DNA of 64,000 bases from an uncultured Bacilli bacterium. GTDB lineage: Bacteria; Bacillota_I; Bacilli_A; RF39; UBA660. The DNA is taken from assembly GCA_944350415.1 (NCBI GenBank), contig CALVOY010000014.1:262-64261 (forward strand), written 5' to 3'. Below are positions 29,027-38,247 of this stretch, one piece after another. A model generated the notes under the pieces. That model was not told the origin of the DNA and searched no databases. It saw only the letters and a program-made list of their open reading frames with translations. The position numbers and the translations under genes were made by a program. How positions within the stretch are numbered: the stretch's first letter is position 1; each line of letters opens with the position of its first letter.

Positions 29027-29212
29027 CTACACATAAGACTCTAATAATTTTTTTGGTATATAATATGTCCATCTACCATTTTCATTTTGGATTGCCCATC
29101 CAAATGGAAATTTATCCTTTTGTAAGCCATTTCTTAGTACATTAGGATCAATACCTGTATATTTTGCTGTTTCTGCTATAGTTAAAAATTTTTCTTTTTT
29201 CTTTTTTGCCAT
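29027..29212 (-). CDS. excisionase/HTH DNA-binding protein (Xis-like)
   Basis: 61 aa basic protein, FLTIAETAKYTGIDPNVLRNGL HTH, located in the lysogeny module. Confidence 0.5.
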   Translation of the reverse strand: MAKKKKEKFLTIAETAKYTGIDPNVLRNGLQKDKFPFGWAIQNENGRWTYYIPKKLLESYV

Positions 29213-29256
29213 TTGTGTACCTTCTTTCTTTATTTTTCTATGTCTTGTCGGGACTT

Positions 29257-29523
29257 TTAATTAAATAAATTACTTATATTTAAAAATTGATCTGCAGAAA
29301 TTTCTGGAAATTGTTTTTTTAATTGAATTATTATTAATATAAACTCTTCTAACTTTAATGGTCTTTTATTTTGAAAAGATAAATATAACTTTTGCTGAGT
29401 CAACTTTTTTGCAAATATATCTTCGGAATTATCTTCTTTTAATTTTCTTACAAAGGATGCAATATTTATATTATTATCAGACATAAATTTTTGTATTTCT
29501 TGAGCATAGTTCATTTTTAACAC
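29257..29523 (-). CDS. first gene of the lytic (Cro-side) operon, function unknown
   Basis: Divergent from the CI-like repressor across the operator region. Confidence 0.35.
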   Translation of the reverse strand: MLKMNYAQEIQKFMSDNNINIASFVRKLKEDNSEDIFAKKLTQQKLYLSFQNKRPLKLEEFILIIIQLKKQFPEISADQFLNISNLFN

Positions 29524-29537
29524 CTCCTATTCTTTAT

Positions 29538-29624
29538 GTTAGTTTTGCTAACTTACAATTACAGTTTAAGTTATTTATACTAACTTGTCAACAGTTTTTT
29601 TATAAAAAAGTTATTTATGCTAAC
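29538..29624. promoter_or_regulatory. genetic-switch region with three 15-bp palindromic operators GTTAnTTTnnCTAAC
   Basis: gttagttttgctaac (29538-52), gttatttatactaac (29570-84), gttatttatgctaac (29610-24) between divergent regulators; TATAAT at 29661-66 and aaggaggg RBS before the repressor. Confidence 0.5.
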
Positions 29625-29681
29625 TTTTTTGTTGGTAAAATATTTAGAAAGTGGTATTATAATGATAAGGAGGGAGAAAAA

Positions 29682-30107
29682 TTGTTAAGGGATAATATCA
29701 AAACTGCAAGAATAAAAAAAGGATGGTCCCAACAAGATCTAGCTAATGAATATAATTTATTAGTTAAAAAAATTAATAAACAAAATAACTTAAATTTACA
29801 TACAATTGGTAGAACATCCATTACCCATTGGGAAACTGGCAGATATACACCAGAAGTTGAATCAATACCTGTTTTGTGTGAAATATTACAAATCAGTGCT
29901 GATAGTCTATTGGGTATTGATGAAATTATGAAAATTCAACAACATAGCCAATATGAAAAGAACATTTTACTAGATGATGGTACAAAAATTTCTATTCATA
30001 CAAATAAAAATTGGGAAGAATTAACTAAAGAAGAAAAAAAAGAAATAATGGATTCAATTATTGAAGAATCAGTAAAAATTAAAAAAGAAGAAAGTAAAAA
30101 AAACTAG
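29682..30107 (+). CDS. CI-like repressor, XRE-family HTH (TTG start)
   Basis: ARIKKGWSQQDLANEYNL...IGRTSITHWETGRYTPEVESIPVLCEILQISADSLLG. Confidence 0.8.
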   Translation: MLRDNIKTARIKKGWSQQDLANEYNLLVKKINKQNNLNLHTIGRTSITHWETGRYTPEVESIPVLCEILQISADSLLGIDEIMKIQQHSQYEKNILLDDGTKISIHTNKNWEELTKEEKKEIMDSIIEESVKIKKEESKKN

Positions 30108-30135
30108 CAGTATCGGTTTTTTACGAGGAGTTAAA

Positions 30136-30930
30136 GTGAAAAATAAATATTTAATATTATTATGCTGTATTTTTGGAGGATGGTTTGGTCTTCATTGCTT
30201 TATAGAAGGTAAAATTAAAAAAGGTATTTTATATTTATTTACAGCAGGTTTATTTTGTATTGGTTGGTTAGTTGATATAATTACTATTGCTTGTCAAAAT
30301 CAAGCAAAAACATTAGAAAATAAATCACAGAGTAAACATATTACATATAGATTTACGATTGATGAATGCGATAATAAAAAGAAAACATTGTATTCGCAAA
30401 CACGATCAAGAAAATATTATGATGATTATATTGTCTTTGATTTAGAAACTACTGGATTTAATCCAAAAGATGATGAAATTATTGAAATAGGTGCTTTAAA
30501 ATTTAAAAATGATAAATTAATTGATACATTTAATGTTTTAGTTAAACCAAAAGCTAGATTAACAAAAAATATTATTGAATTAACTGGAATTACAGAAAAT
30601 ATGCTTAAAAATTGTGATTCTATAGAGATAGCACTGCCCAAATTTATTGAATTTATTGAAAACTATCCTTTAGTAGCTCATAATAGTCCATTTGATTTAG
30701 GTTTTATAGAAGAAAATATAAAAAATTTAAATTTACCTATAATAAAAAATAAAAATATAGATACACTATATCTGTCTAGAATAAATATAAAGGATGTTCT
30801 AAATCATAAACTGGAAACACTAAAAATGCATTTTAATCTTAATTATTCTTCACATAGAGCAATTGAAGATTGTTATGTTACTAATTATATTTATCAATAT
30901 TGTAAAGACAAAAATACTGTTAAAAATTAA
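30136..30930 (+). CDS. TM2-domain membrane anchor fused to DEDDh (DnaQ/pol III epsilon-like) 3'-5' exonuclease; GTG start
   Basis: N-terminus LILLCCIFGGWFGLHCFIEGKIKKGILYLFTAGLFCIGWLVD = TM2 domain; exo motifs FDLETTG (I), AHNSPFDLGFI (II), HRAIEDCYVT (III). Confidence 0.75.
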   Translation: MKNKYLILLCCIFGGWFGLHCFIEGKIKKGILYLFTAGLFCIGWLVDIITIACQNQAKTLENKSQSKHITYRFTIDECDNKKKTLYSQTRSRKYYDDYIVFDLETTGFNPKDDEIIEIGALKFKNDKLIDTFNVLVKPKARLTKNIIELTGITENMLKNCDSIEIALPKFIEFIENYPLVAHNSPFDLGFIEENIKNLNLPIIKNKNIDTLYLSRINIKDVLNHKLETLKMHFNLNYSSHRAIEDCYVTNYIYQYCKDKNTVKN

Positions 30931-31075
30931 AAAAGAGCCTCTGCTGTAACAGAGACTCAACCAATAAAATTGGTACACAAATTAAATAAGAATGCCCGAC
31001 AAGACATCTATTCTTTTTGTGTACCCTAATTATAGCAAAATAAAATATTTTGTGCAATAAGGGGGAATTAAAAAA

Positions 31076-32107
31076 ATGGCAAAATATAAATCTAGAAAAT
31101 TACCTAATAGATACGGAACTATTAGCAAACTATCAGGTAATAGAAGAAAGCCTTATATTATTAAAGGATTTGAAGGCTATGATGATGACGGGAAAATAAT
31201 CAGGCCTATTATTGGATATGCTATAGACTATACAGAAGCTTTGGGTATATTATCTAATTATAATAAAGAACCTTATGATTTAGATTATGCAAATTTATCA
31301 ACTAAAGATTTATTTAATTTATGGTATGCTGATCTTTATAATAAAGTTAAAAGCAAAAAGCTAGGAGAAAAAAGGTATAAGGGATATAAAAGTACATTTG
31401 ATAAGTATTTTAAAACTATTCATAATCAAAAATATATATTATTAAAGACTAATGATATGCAAAAATGCTTTGATGAATGTATACATGGTTTTTCAACTAA
31501 AACTAATATGAAAATAATATTTAATGGACTTTTTGAAAAATCACAAGACCTTGAAATGCCAATCAAAAAAAATTTTGTTGAAAACTGCTATATTGGAGAA
31601 AAAGAAGATTCAGAAAAACATATTCCATTTTCTACACAAGAAATAAAAAAATTATGGAATAATATTGATAATACAGAAAATATAGATTTAATATTAATTA
31701 ATATTTATACAGGATGTAGACCAAATGAATTATTAGAACCTAATGAAATTCATTTTGAAGAAAGATATTTTATTGGTGGAAGTAAAACTGAAGCAGGTAG
31801 AAATAGAATAATTCCAATTCATGAAAAAATTGCTAATTTATTTAAAAAAAGATTTATTGATAGCGAGATTAATATCAACTATCGAAAATACTACAAATCC
31901 TTTCTTGCTGCAATGAATAAATTAGAAATGAATCACACGCCGTATGATTGCCGCCATACATTTGCAACAGAAGCCGATAATAGTAAACTAAATGACTTAT
32001 GTATCAAACTAATCATGGGGCATTCAGTACAAGATATTACAAAAGGAGTATATACTCATAAAACTCCACAACAATTAGTAGAAGAAGTGAATAAAATTGA
32101 CTTTTAA
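31076..32107 (+). CDS. int: phage tyrosine integrase
   Basis: TGCRPNEL...HTPYDCRHTFATEA...LIMGHSVQDITKGVYTH catalytic signature; adjacent to att repeats and tRNA. Confidence 0.9.
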   Translation: MAKYKSRKLPNRYGTISKLSGNRRKPYIIKGFEGYDDDGKIIRPIIGYAIDYTEALGILSNYNKEPYDLDYANLSTKDLFNLWYADLYNKVKSKKLGEKRYKGYKSTFDKYFKTIHNQKYILLKTNDMQKCFDECIHGFSTKTNMKIIFNGLFEKSQDLEMPIKKNFVENCYIGEKEDSEKHIPFSTQEIKKLWNNIDNTENIDLILINIYTGCRPNELLEPNEIHFEERYFIGGSKTEAGRNRIIPIHEKIANLFKKRFIDSEININYRKYYKSFLAAMNKLEMNHTPYDCRHTFATEADNSKLNDLCIKLIMGHSVQDITKGVYTHKTPQQLVEEVNKIDF

Positions 32108-32166
32108 TTTGTTGCCAATTTGTTGCCAATAGTATTCATAATCTAATCATAATAATATCAACTTTT
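32108..32166. repeat. ~60-bp direct repeat (right copy) with two tandem ttgttgccaat units; putative arm-type sites just after the int stop
   Basis: Matches 1802-1861. Confidence 0.55.
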
Positions 32167-32247
32167 ATAAAAATGAGTAAACTAAAAGAGTAATATTCAA
32201 TTACTCTTTTGCCATAAAACCCTTATAAAATAAAGGTAAAATCAACA

Positions 32248-32324
<77 letters not shown>

Positions 32325-32370
32325 AAATTCATTCTTATTATAGCGAACTTTATAAAAAAAAACAATCTAA

Positions 32371-32877
32371 TTATCTTAGATTGTTTACCAAAACCATGAT
32401 TAAAAAGCAACTAGCAGTAGATAATTGTCTACGCACAATGGTAGTTTTTTCATAAATAGAAGCGATATCATCAATAAAATCTACCATCCAACTTTCAAAA
32501 TACTTGGGAATATGAGATCCAACTGGAAACATATGGGACAGAATAATATCCTCTTCCATTGGAGATAAATCAAAATATTTTTTTGAATTTTCTAATGCGT
32601 ATTTTGGATGCTTTATCATTGTGATAGCTTTTTCCTTTTTTGTAAAGCTTTGATTATCTTCTAGAAAAAAATCATGAAGCAAAGCTGCTCTAGCTACCTG
32701 CGTTGCATTCAGCTTGAAAAACTTAGCCCATTTATAAGAATGATAGGAAACACGAATAGAGTGATCTAAACGATTTCCTTCATGATGAACAATATTCTCC
32801 ATTTTCTTGAATTCTTCATTTTCTAATATATCACAAACTTTACTAAGATATTCTTTATCTTCATAATATTTTTTCAT
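32371..32877 (-). CDS. HD-domain phosphohydrolase
   Basis: HHEGNRLDHSIRVS...LLHDF metal-binding H..HD..D pattern. Confidence 0.65.
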   Translation of the reverse strand: MKKYYEDKEYLSKVCDILENEEFKKMENIVHHEGNRLDHSIRVSYHSYKWAKFFKLNATQVARAALLHDFFLEDNQSFTKKEKAITMIKHPKYALENSKKYFDLSPMEEDIILSHMFPVGSHIPKYFESWMVDFIDDIASIYEKTTIVRRQLSTASCFLIMVLVNNLR

Positions 32878-33218
32878 TCTTAACTACACCTCAGTAATTT
32901 GTAAACTTATTTTGCTACTAGTTCATAATAACATAATTATAAGAATTATGCAAGTAGCAAAAAGAGGGACCCAGAATCCCCCTAATCTATATCAAAACGC
33001 TCCTAATAGCGTTCTAATATATATTATGGAGAATTTGTAAAAAATGTTACATTTTAATTCCACTTTATTCAAATTTCTTTAGGTATATTAATAAAAACAT
33101 AGTTGTATATAAATATGAATATCATTTACGGTTTAGAAGGTCCCCCTCCTTGCTCATTCAATTATTCTCCTGTAAATACTATGCTTTAGCTTTCTATATT
33201 ATTCATCTATACTCCTTT

Positions 33219-35327
33219 CTATGGTGTACATGTCTCTATTTCTAATTGATTATTTTTTATCTTAAGCATAATGCTCCCATCTATATCTGTTCTATAAATA
33301 ATAGAATTTTTTAGAATATCTAACACTTCTTTATTAGGATGATGATATCTATTATTTTTACCAACCGATATTATCGAGTATTTAGGATGAATTTCATCTA
33401 TCAACTTATTGGATGTGCTTGTTTTGCTACCATGATGCCCTACTTTTAAAATATCTATATTATTTAAATGATATTTTTTAATTATATCTTCTTCTACTTC
33501 TATTCCTGCATCTCCTGTTAATAACATCTTAATGCCATTAAACTCAAAATAAATTACATTTGAATTATCATTTTCATTATCATATAATTTATGATTCAAA
33601 AAAGATAACTTATTATTATTTAGAATCAATTCTTTTACATTCTTATAATACGGAATCCTTTTTTTATCTAATACTTCTACAAGTTCTTGTTCTAATGGAT
33701 TCAAAGAATCATGATTCAATATGACACTTTCCACTTTAAAATGATTGACTAAATTAATACTTTCTCCCATATGATCATAGTCCCCATGGCTAAGAACTAG
33801 ATAATCTAGTTTTCGAATTCCTAAGGATTTTAGTAATGGCAATAAAGTAGTATCTGACAAAGATTTGGTTTGTCTTTCTTGCCACGGTTCCTTTGAATAG
33901 CTAATTTTACCACCTGTATCTATTAGCATGGTTTGATTATGAGAATAAATCAACAAACTGTCTCCTTGACCAACATCAATCATTAGAAAAAAATTCTGAG
34001 GAAATAAACTTAAGTAAAAATATTGATAGCATAATAAAATTCCTATTCCTAAAAAGCCAATTTTTTTTCGATAACATAACCATAAGGTTAAACAACCATA
34101 ATATAAAATAATCCAACCTATATTAGGCTTCTTCCATATTGTATTCCAAACAATCGAATTAGAAAAAAAGATAGAAAGTTCTTCCATCAACTGCGTAATC
34201 CAAAAAAATACAGAATCTAAAAAAGGAAGCAGAAATGTTAATAAAGATAAAGGAAAGACTATAAAAGATACTAAAGGTACAAATATTAAATTCAATCCAA
34301 TACTAAATAAATTTATTTGGTAAAAATAGTAAATGGAAATAGGAAAACTCACTAAAAAACTAATCATCGATATTTGAAGTAACCCTTTGGCATAAGATTG
34401 AGTATTTTTTAATTTCTTTTGCATTAAAATTAAATAAAAGCTAATCATAAAAGAATATTGAAATCCAACTTCAAATAAAGAGTAAGGATTGGTAAGTACC
34501 AATATACAAAATGTCATAATAAACAAATATAAAGTTTTGATTTGCCATTTTAAAAGCTTGTTGATACTAAGTAAACCAAATAATACCACTGCTCTACTAA
34601 TAGACGGAGTACTTCCTGATAGAAACATATAAAAACTTAAAAATAGCATTGTTAACAGAAAACTTTTTTTCTCATTCAAGTGGAATTTTTTTAGAATAAA
34701 TAAGAGAATCCCACTAAAAAGAGAAACTTGTGCTCCTGAAATAGCTAGTAAATGACTAATACCATTATTTTGGTATGATACTACAGCCTGATTAGATAAA
34801 AGACTAGTATCTCCTAAAATAAAAGCTTTTAAATAAGCTTTACTTTGATAACTATCTATATGTTTTAATATAGAATTTTTTATTTGATAAAATAAATTTT
34901 GATTGTCCTCGACTTTTTCGATTGCGTCTATTTGCATTATATAATAAATACCTTTTCTTTTTAAATACTCTTTGTAATTAAAAAGATTAGGAACAGTATT
35001 ATTTTTAGGTAAGGAAAAAGTTCCTTTTAGCTGGATTTGATCCCCTAATTGATAGTTTTCTAAAAAATTATTTTTTTCTTCTTCACTTTGAAAAAAATAA
35101 GTTCCTAAAATATTTTCTTTTCCTCCTAATTCCAGAGTTAATAGGTCTCCCTCTACTTTCATTTCTAAGATAGTACCAAAATAATAATTATCTTGGGGAT
35201 TCAGTTTACTAAAATGTGGTAAACATAAATAAAATATACTATATATAATGGTGAGGAAGAGTAATCCAATATAAAAATATTTAGAGTGTAATATTGGCTT
35301 TAATTTTTTCAAAAATACTATCTCCAA
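33219..35327 (-). CDS. comEC: DNA internalisation competence protein ComEC/Rec2
   Basis: Polytopic competence domain plus C-terminal metallo-beta-lactamase motifs LSHGDYDHMGE, VGHHGSK. Confidence 0.85.
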   Translation of the reverse strand: MEIVFLKKLKPILHSKYFYIGLLFLTIIYSIFYLCLPHFSKLNPQDNYYFGTILEMKVEGDLLTLELGGKENILGTYFFQSEEEKNNFLENYQLGDQIQLKGTFSLPKNNTVPNLFNYKEYLKRKGIYYIMQIDAIEKVEDNQNLFYQIKNSILKHIDSYQSKAYLKAFILGDTSLLSNQAVVSYQNNGISHLLAISGAQVSLFSGILLFILKKFHLNEKKSFLLTMLFLSFYMFLSGSTPSISRAVVLFGLLSINKLLKWQIKTLYLFIMTFCILVLTNPYSLFEVGFQYSFMISFYLILMQKKLKNTQSYAKGLLQISMISFLVSFPISIYYFYQINLFSIGLNLIFVPLVSFIVFPLSLLTFLLPFLDSVFFWITQLMEELSIFFSNSIVWNTIWKKPNIGWIILYYGCLTLWLCYRKKIGFLGIGILLCYQYFYLSLFPQNFFLMIDVGQGDSLLIYSHNQTMLIDTGGKISYSKEPWQERQTKSLSDTTLLPLLKSLGIRKLDYLVLSHGDYDHMGESINLVNHFKVESVILNHDSLNPLEQELVEVLDKKRIPYYKNVKELILNNNKLSFLNHKLYDNENDNSNVIYFEFNGIKMLLTGDAGIEVEEDIIKKYHLNNIDILKVGHHGSKTSTSNKLIDEIHPKYSIISVGKNNRYHHPNKEVLDILKNSIIYRTDIDGSIMLKIKNNQLEIETCTP

Positions 35328-36075
35328 TACCCTTTATATTTTTGATTTCCTCAATACTTTGAAAATTTCCGTTTTCTTCTCGATAGCGAATAATTAATTC
35401 CGCTTTGCTTTCACCAATTCCTGGTAATTGCATTAATTCTTCTTTGGTAGCAGTATTTAAAGAAATAGAATTGTTAACAGGTGTATCTCCTATTTCATCT
35501 TCATTGCTTTGATTATTAGCATCTACTAAATCCTCTTCTGTAAGACAAGCACCATTGGTCATATTAGATTGATTCAGACAAGCTATTTCTACTTCTTTTT
35601 CTTTCTCTTTGCTAGTTATGAAGTTTGCTACTTGATCTTTAGAGTATACAATAATTACCATTTCATCCTCTATTTTTTTGCTGAGATTTAGAACCGAAGT
35701 ATCCGCATTTTCTGTGCTACCACCAGCTAAGTTAATCACATCTAAAATTCGACTACCGCATTCTAACTTATATAGTCCAGGATAGTAAACCTCTCCTTTA
35801 ATATCCACCATCAATTCACATACTTCCTCTTTCTCCACATTATCAGCTTCTTCTTTATTAGATGTTACATCTTCTAATGATAAGCTCTGCTGGGAAGGAG
35901 ATTTTGAATCTTCCATAACTTGATATAAGAAGTAACCCCCTATTCCTAATAGCATGATCACTATTACTATCAATACTATCGTTACATATTTGTGTTCTAT
36001 AATGAACCATTTTACATTTTCTAATTTATCCACAAAAAATAACCTCCTATAGAGATTATTTAAAAAATTTGACAA
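35281..36075 (-). CDS. comEA: competence protein ComEA (DNA receptor, helix-hairpin-helix)
   Basis: C-terminal tandem HhH LNTATKEELMQLPGIGESKA...IKGIGDSIFEKI; N-terminal TM. Confidence 0.8.
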   Translation of the reverse strand: MSNFLNNLYRRLFFVDKLENVKWFIIEHKYVTIVLIVIVIMLLGIGGYFLYQVMEDSKSPSQQSLSLEDVTSNKEEADNVEKEEVCELMVDIKGEVYYPGLYKLECGSRILDVINLAGGSTENADTSVLNLSKKIEDEMVIIVYSKDQVANFITSKEKEKEVEIACLNQSNMTNGACLTEEDLVDANNQSNEDEIGDTPVNNSISLNTATKEELMQLPGIGESKAELIIRYREENGNFQSIEEIKNIKGIGDSIFEKIKANITL

Positions 36076-36080
36076 AATAC

Positions 36081-37241
36081 TTACTTTTTTCTTAATTTTT
36101 TTAATTTTGTTTCTTTATAAAGCTGATTTTCCACATTGATTCGTTGTACAAAAGTAAGGGCAAAAACCAAACACATGGCAAAACTACCTCCATAACTCAT
36201 AAAAGGTAAAGGTACTCCTGTCATAGGGATTATACCAAAAATTCCGCCTAAGTTGACAAAAATATGCAGAATAATATAAACAGCAACTCCCATACAAATC
36301 AAAAATCCTCTAGTATTATAACTATCTCTACCGATTTTAATAATTCTTCCAATCAACAAATAATATAATACAAAGATAATAATCGCACCTAAATAGCCTA
36401 GCTCTTCCATAATGATTGCAAAGATAAAATCTGTATGAGCCTCTGGTAAATATAAATACTTTTGCGTACTATTTCCTAATCCTACCCCTAAAAAGCTACC
36501 ATTATTAATCGCAATATAGCCATTACAAACCTGATTTCCTGTACCATAGAATTTTTCTGTACTACAAGGATTCGAAAAATCAAATCTCTCTTTTTGTCCT
36601 TCTGTTAAAAGACTACTTCCTCCTCCAACTAAAACCAGGGCTGCCACTAAAATTCCACCTATAATAATCATCAGTACTTTATTTCTAATTTCTTTGGAAA
36701 TAGGTGCTATAAAAAAAATAGTAGCCACAATGAATGTATAAATAATAGTAGTTCCAAGATCTGGTTGGGCAAAAATAAGTCCTGCAATTACAGCAGCAAT
36801 TAAAATAGGATATAACACTGTAACATATTGATTGAGTCGATCCTTATGTTTATCATAATAACAAGATAACCATACAATCATAATAATTTTAGCAAACTCA
36901 CTGGGCTGAATTGAAAAGAAACCTAAATCAATCCAACTAATAGCTCTATTTCTAACAGATCCATATATTAGCAATAAAGCTAGAGTGACTGCAACTACAT
37001 AAACAGCGAAATTGGCAATAATATGATAACTCTTACTATGAAAGCGAATCAAAAAAATACTAGCTATAAAGCTTACCATTAAAAATAAACTTTGCTTGAA
37101 AAAATAACGATAAGGACTAGCATCATATTTCATAAAAGCCGTTACATTAGAGGCTGAAAATATCATAATTAACCCAAAAACAAATAGAATACAGGAAATA
37201 ATCAATAAAGGTTTATCAATATTCTTTAAAATCTTTCTCAT
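36081..37241 (-). CDS. SEDS-family peptidoglycan polymerase (FtsW/RodA/SpoVE)
   Basis: PDLGTT, SEFAKI, PEAHTDFIFA, GVPLPFMSYGGS motifs. Confidence 0.8.
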   Translation of the reverse strand: MRKILKNIDKPLLIISCILFVFGLIMIFSASNVTAFMKYDASPYRYFFKQSLFLMVSFIASIFLIRFHSKSYHIIANFAVYVVAVTLALLLIYGSVRNRAISWIDLGFFSIQPSEFAKIIMIVWLSCYYDKHKDRLNQYVTVLYPILIAAVIAGLIFAQPDLGTTIIYTFIVATIFFIAPISKEIRNKVLMIIIGGILVAALVLVGGGSSLLTEGQKERFDFSNPCSTEKFYGTGNQVCNGYIAINNGSFLGVGLGNSTQKYLYLPEAHTDFIFAIIMEELGYLGAIIIFVLYYLLIGRIIKIGRDSYNTRGFLICMGVAVYIILHIFVNLGGIFGIIPMTGVPLPFMSYGGSFAMCLVFALTFVQRINVENQLYKETKLKKLRKK

Positions 37242-37385
37242 GACTACCTCCTATTATTTTTTCTATTTTCATTATAACATAAATTCATTTTTTTTAATAG
37301 AAAAATCATGATACAAGACATTTGTAATAACATTATTTGGACTTTTGGAATACTTTATATTAGATAACGAAAAGGAGGGAAAGTT

Positions 37386-37565
37386 ATGTATAATTACGGA
37401 GGATCTTTTGGATCTAGCTGCGGATGTGGTGGATATTCTACTCCTGCATTTACTCCTTACTATCCATATAGTGGATGTGGATGCGGTAATAATTCCAATT
37501 ATGCAATTGTATTAGTTCTATTTATTTTATTAGTAATTGTGATTGGTTCTAGATTTACTCGCTAA
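37386..37565 (+). CDS. YjcZ-like small Gly/Cys-rich sporulation-family peptide (59 aa), absent from ORF track
   Basis: aaggaggg RBS; MYNYGGSFGSSCGCGGYS...AIVLVLFILLVIVIGSRFTR. Confidence 0.5.
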   Translation: MYNYGGSFGSSCGCGGYSTPAFTPYYPYSGCGCGNNSNYAIVLVLFILLVIVIGSRFTR

Positions 37566-37676
37566 TTTGATTTAAAGGATAGATAGGTCCACTATCTATC
37601 TTTTTTCTACTTCATATTTTTCTTCACAAAATGACTAAAAAATGATAAAATACTGAACAGAAGAAGTGGTGATATT

Positions 37677-38222
37677 ATGTTAAAAACAAAAGATATATTA
37701 GATGAAAAAGATAAACGCTTACGTTTGGTTAGTAAAGAAGTCACTTTTCCATTAAGCAAAGAGGATAAACAGAATATTGAATTAATGGAGGAATATTTGG
37801 TAAATAGCCAAATCGAAGAAAGAGCTGAAAAGTATCAGTTAAGACCTGGGATGGGAATGGCAGCTATCCAAATTGGAGTGGCAAAACGATATATTGTTAT
37901 TGTGCAAGAGGTAGAAGAAGGCTTTGATTCTTACATTATGATTAATCCTAAAATTGTATCGAATTCTACTGAAATGATTTATGTAGAAGATGGAGAGGGC
38001 TGCTTAAGTGTCAATCGTGAATGCGAAGGAATTGTCCCAAGATATGCTCGTGTTACTGTCGATGGATATGATATAGATGGCAACAAAATTCGCGTAAGGG
38101 CCCGAGAAGAGCTTGCAATTGCTTTTCAACATGAAATCGATCACTTAAATGGAATTTTATTTGTCGATAAAATAGATCCAAAAAATCCATATAAAAATAT
38201 CGATCAATATCGACCAATATAA
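37677..38222 (+). CDS. def: peptide deformylase
   Basis: GMGMAAIQIG, EGCLS, QHEIDHLNG catalytic motifs. Confidence 0.9.
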   Translation: MLKTKDILDEKDKRLRLVSKEVTFPLSKEDKQNIELMEEYLVNSQIEERAEKYQLRPGMGMAAIQIGVAKRYIVIVQEVEEGFDSYIMINPKIVSNSTEMIYVEDGEGCLSVNRECEGIVPRYARVTVDGYDIDGNKIRVRAREELAIAFQHEIDHLNGILFVDKIDPKNPYKNIDQYRPI

Positions 38223-38247
38223 AAGAAGCAACATTGCTTCTTTTTAA
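38223..38247 (+). terminator. intrinsic terminator hairpin after def (agaagcaa-cat-ttgcttct + T-run), also at the end of the convergent kinase gene
   Basis: Inverted repeat followed by ttttt. Confidence 0.5.

Noticed and set aside
32880-33218. Structured 340-bp intergenic region upstream of the HD-domain gene as a riboswitch or sRNA
   Set aside because: Only generic hairpins (ttttgctact...agtagcaaaa; aacgct-cctaat-agcgtt) consistent with a comEC terminator plus a promoter; no recognisable riboswitch consensus.
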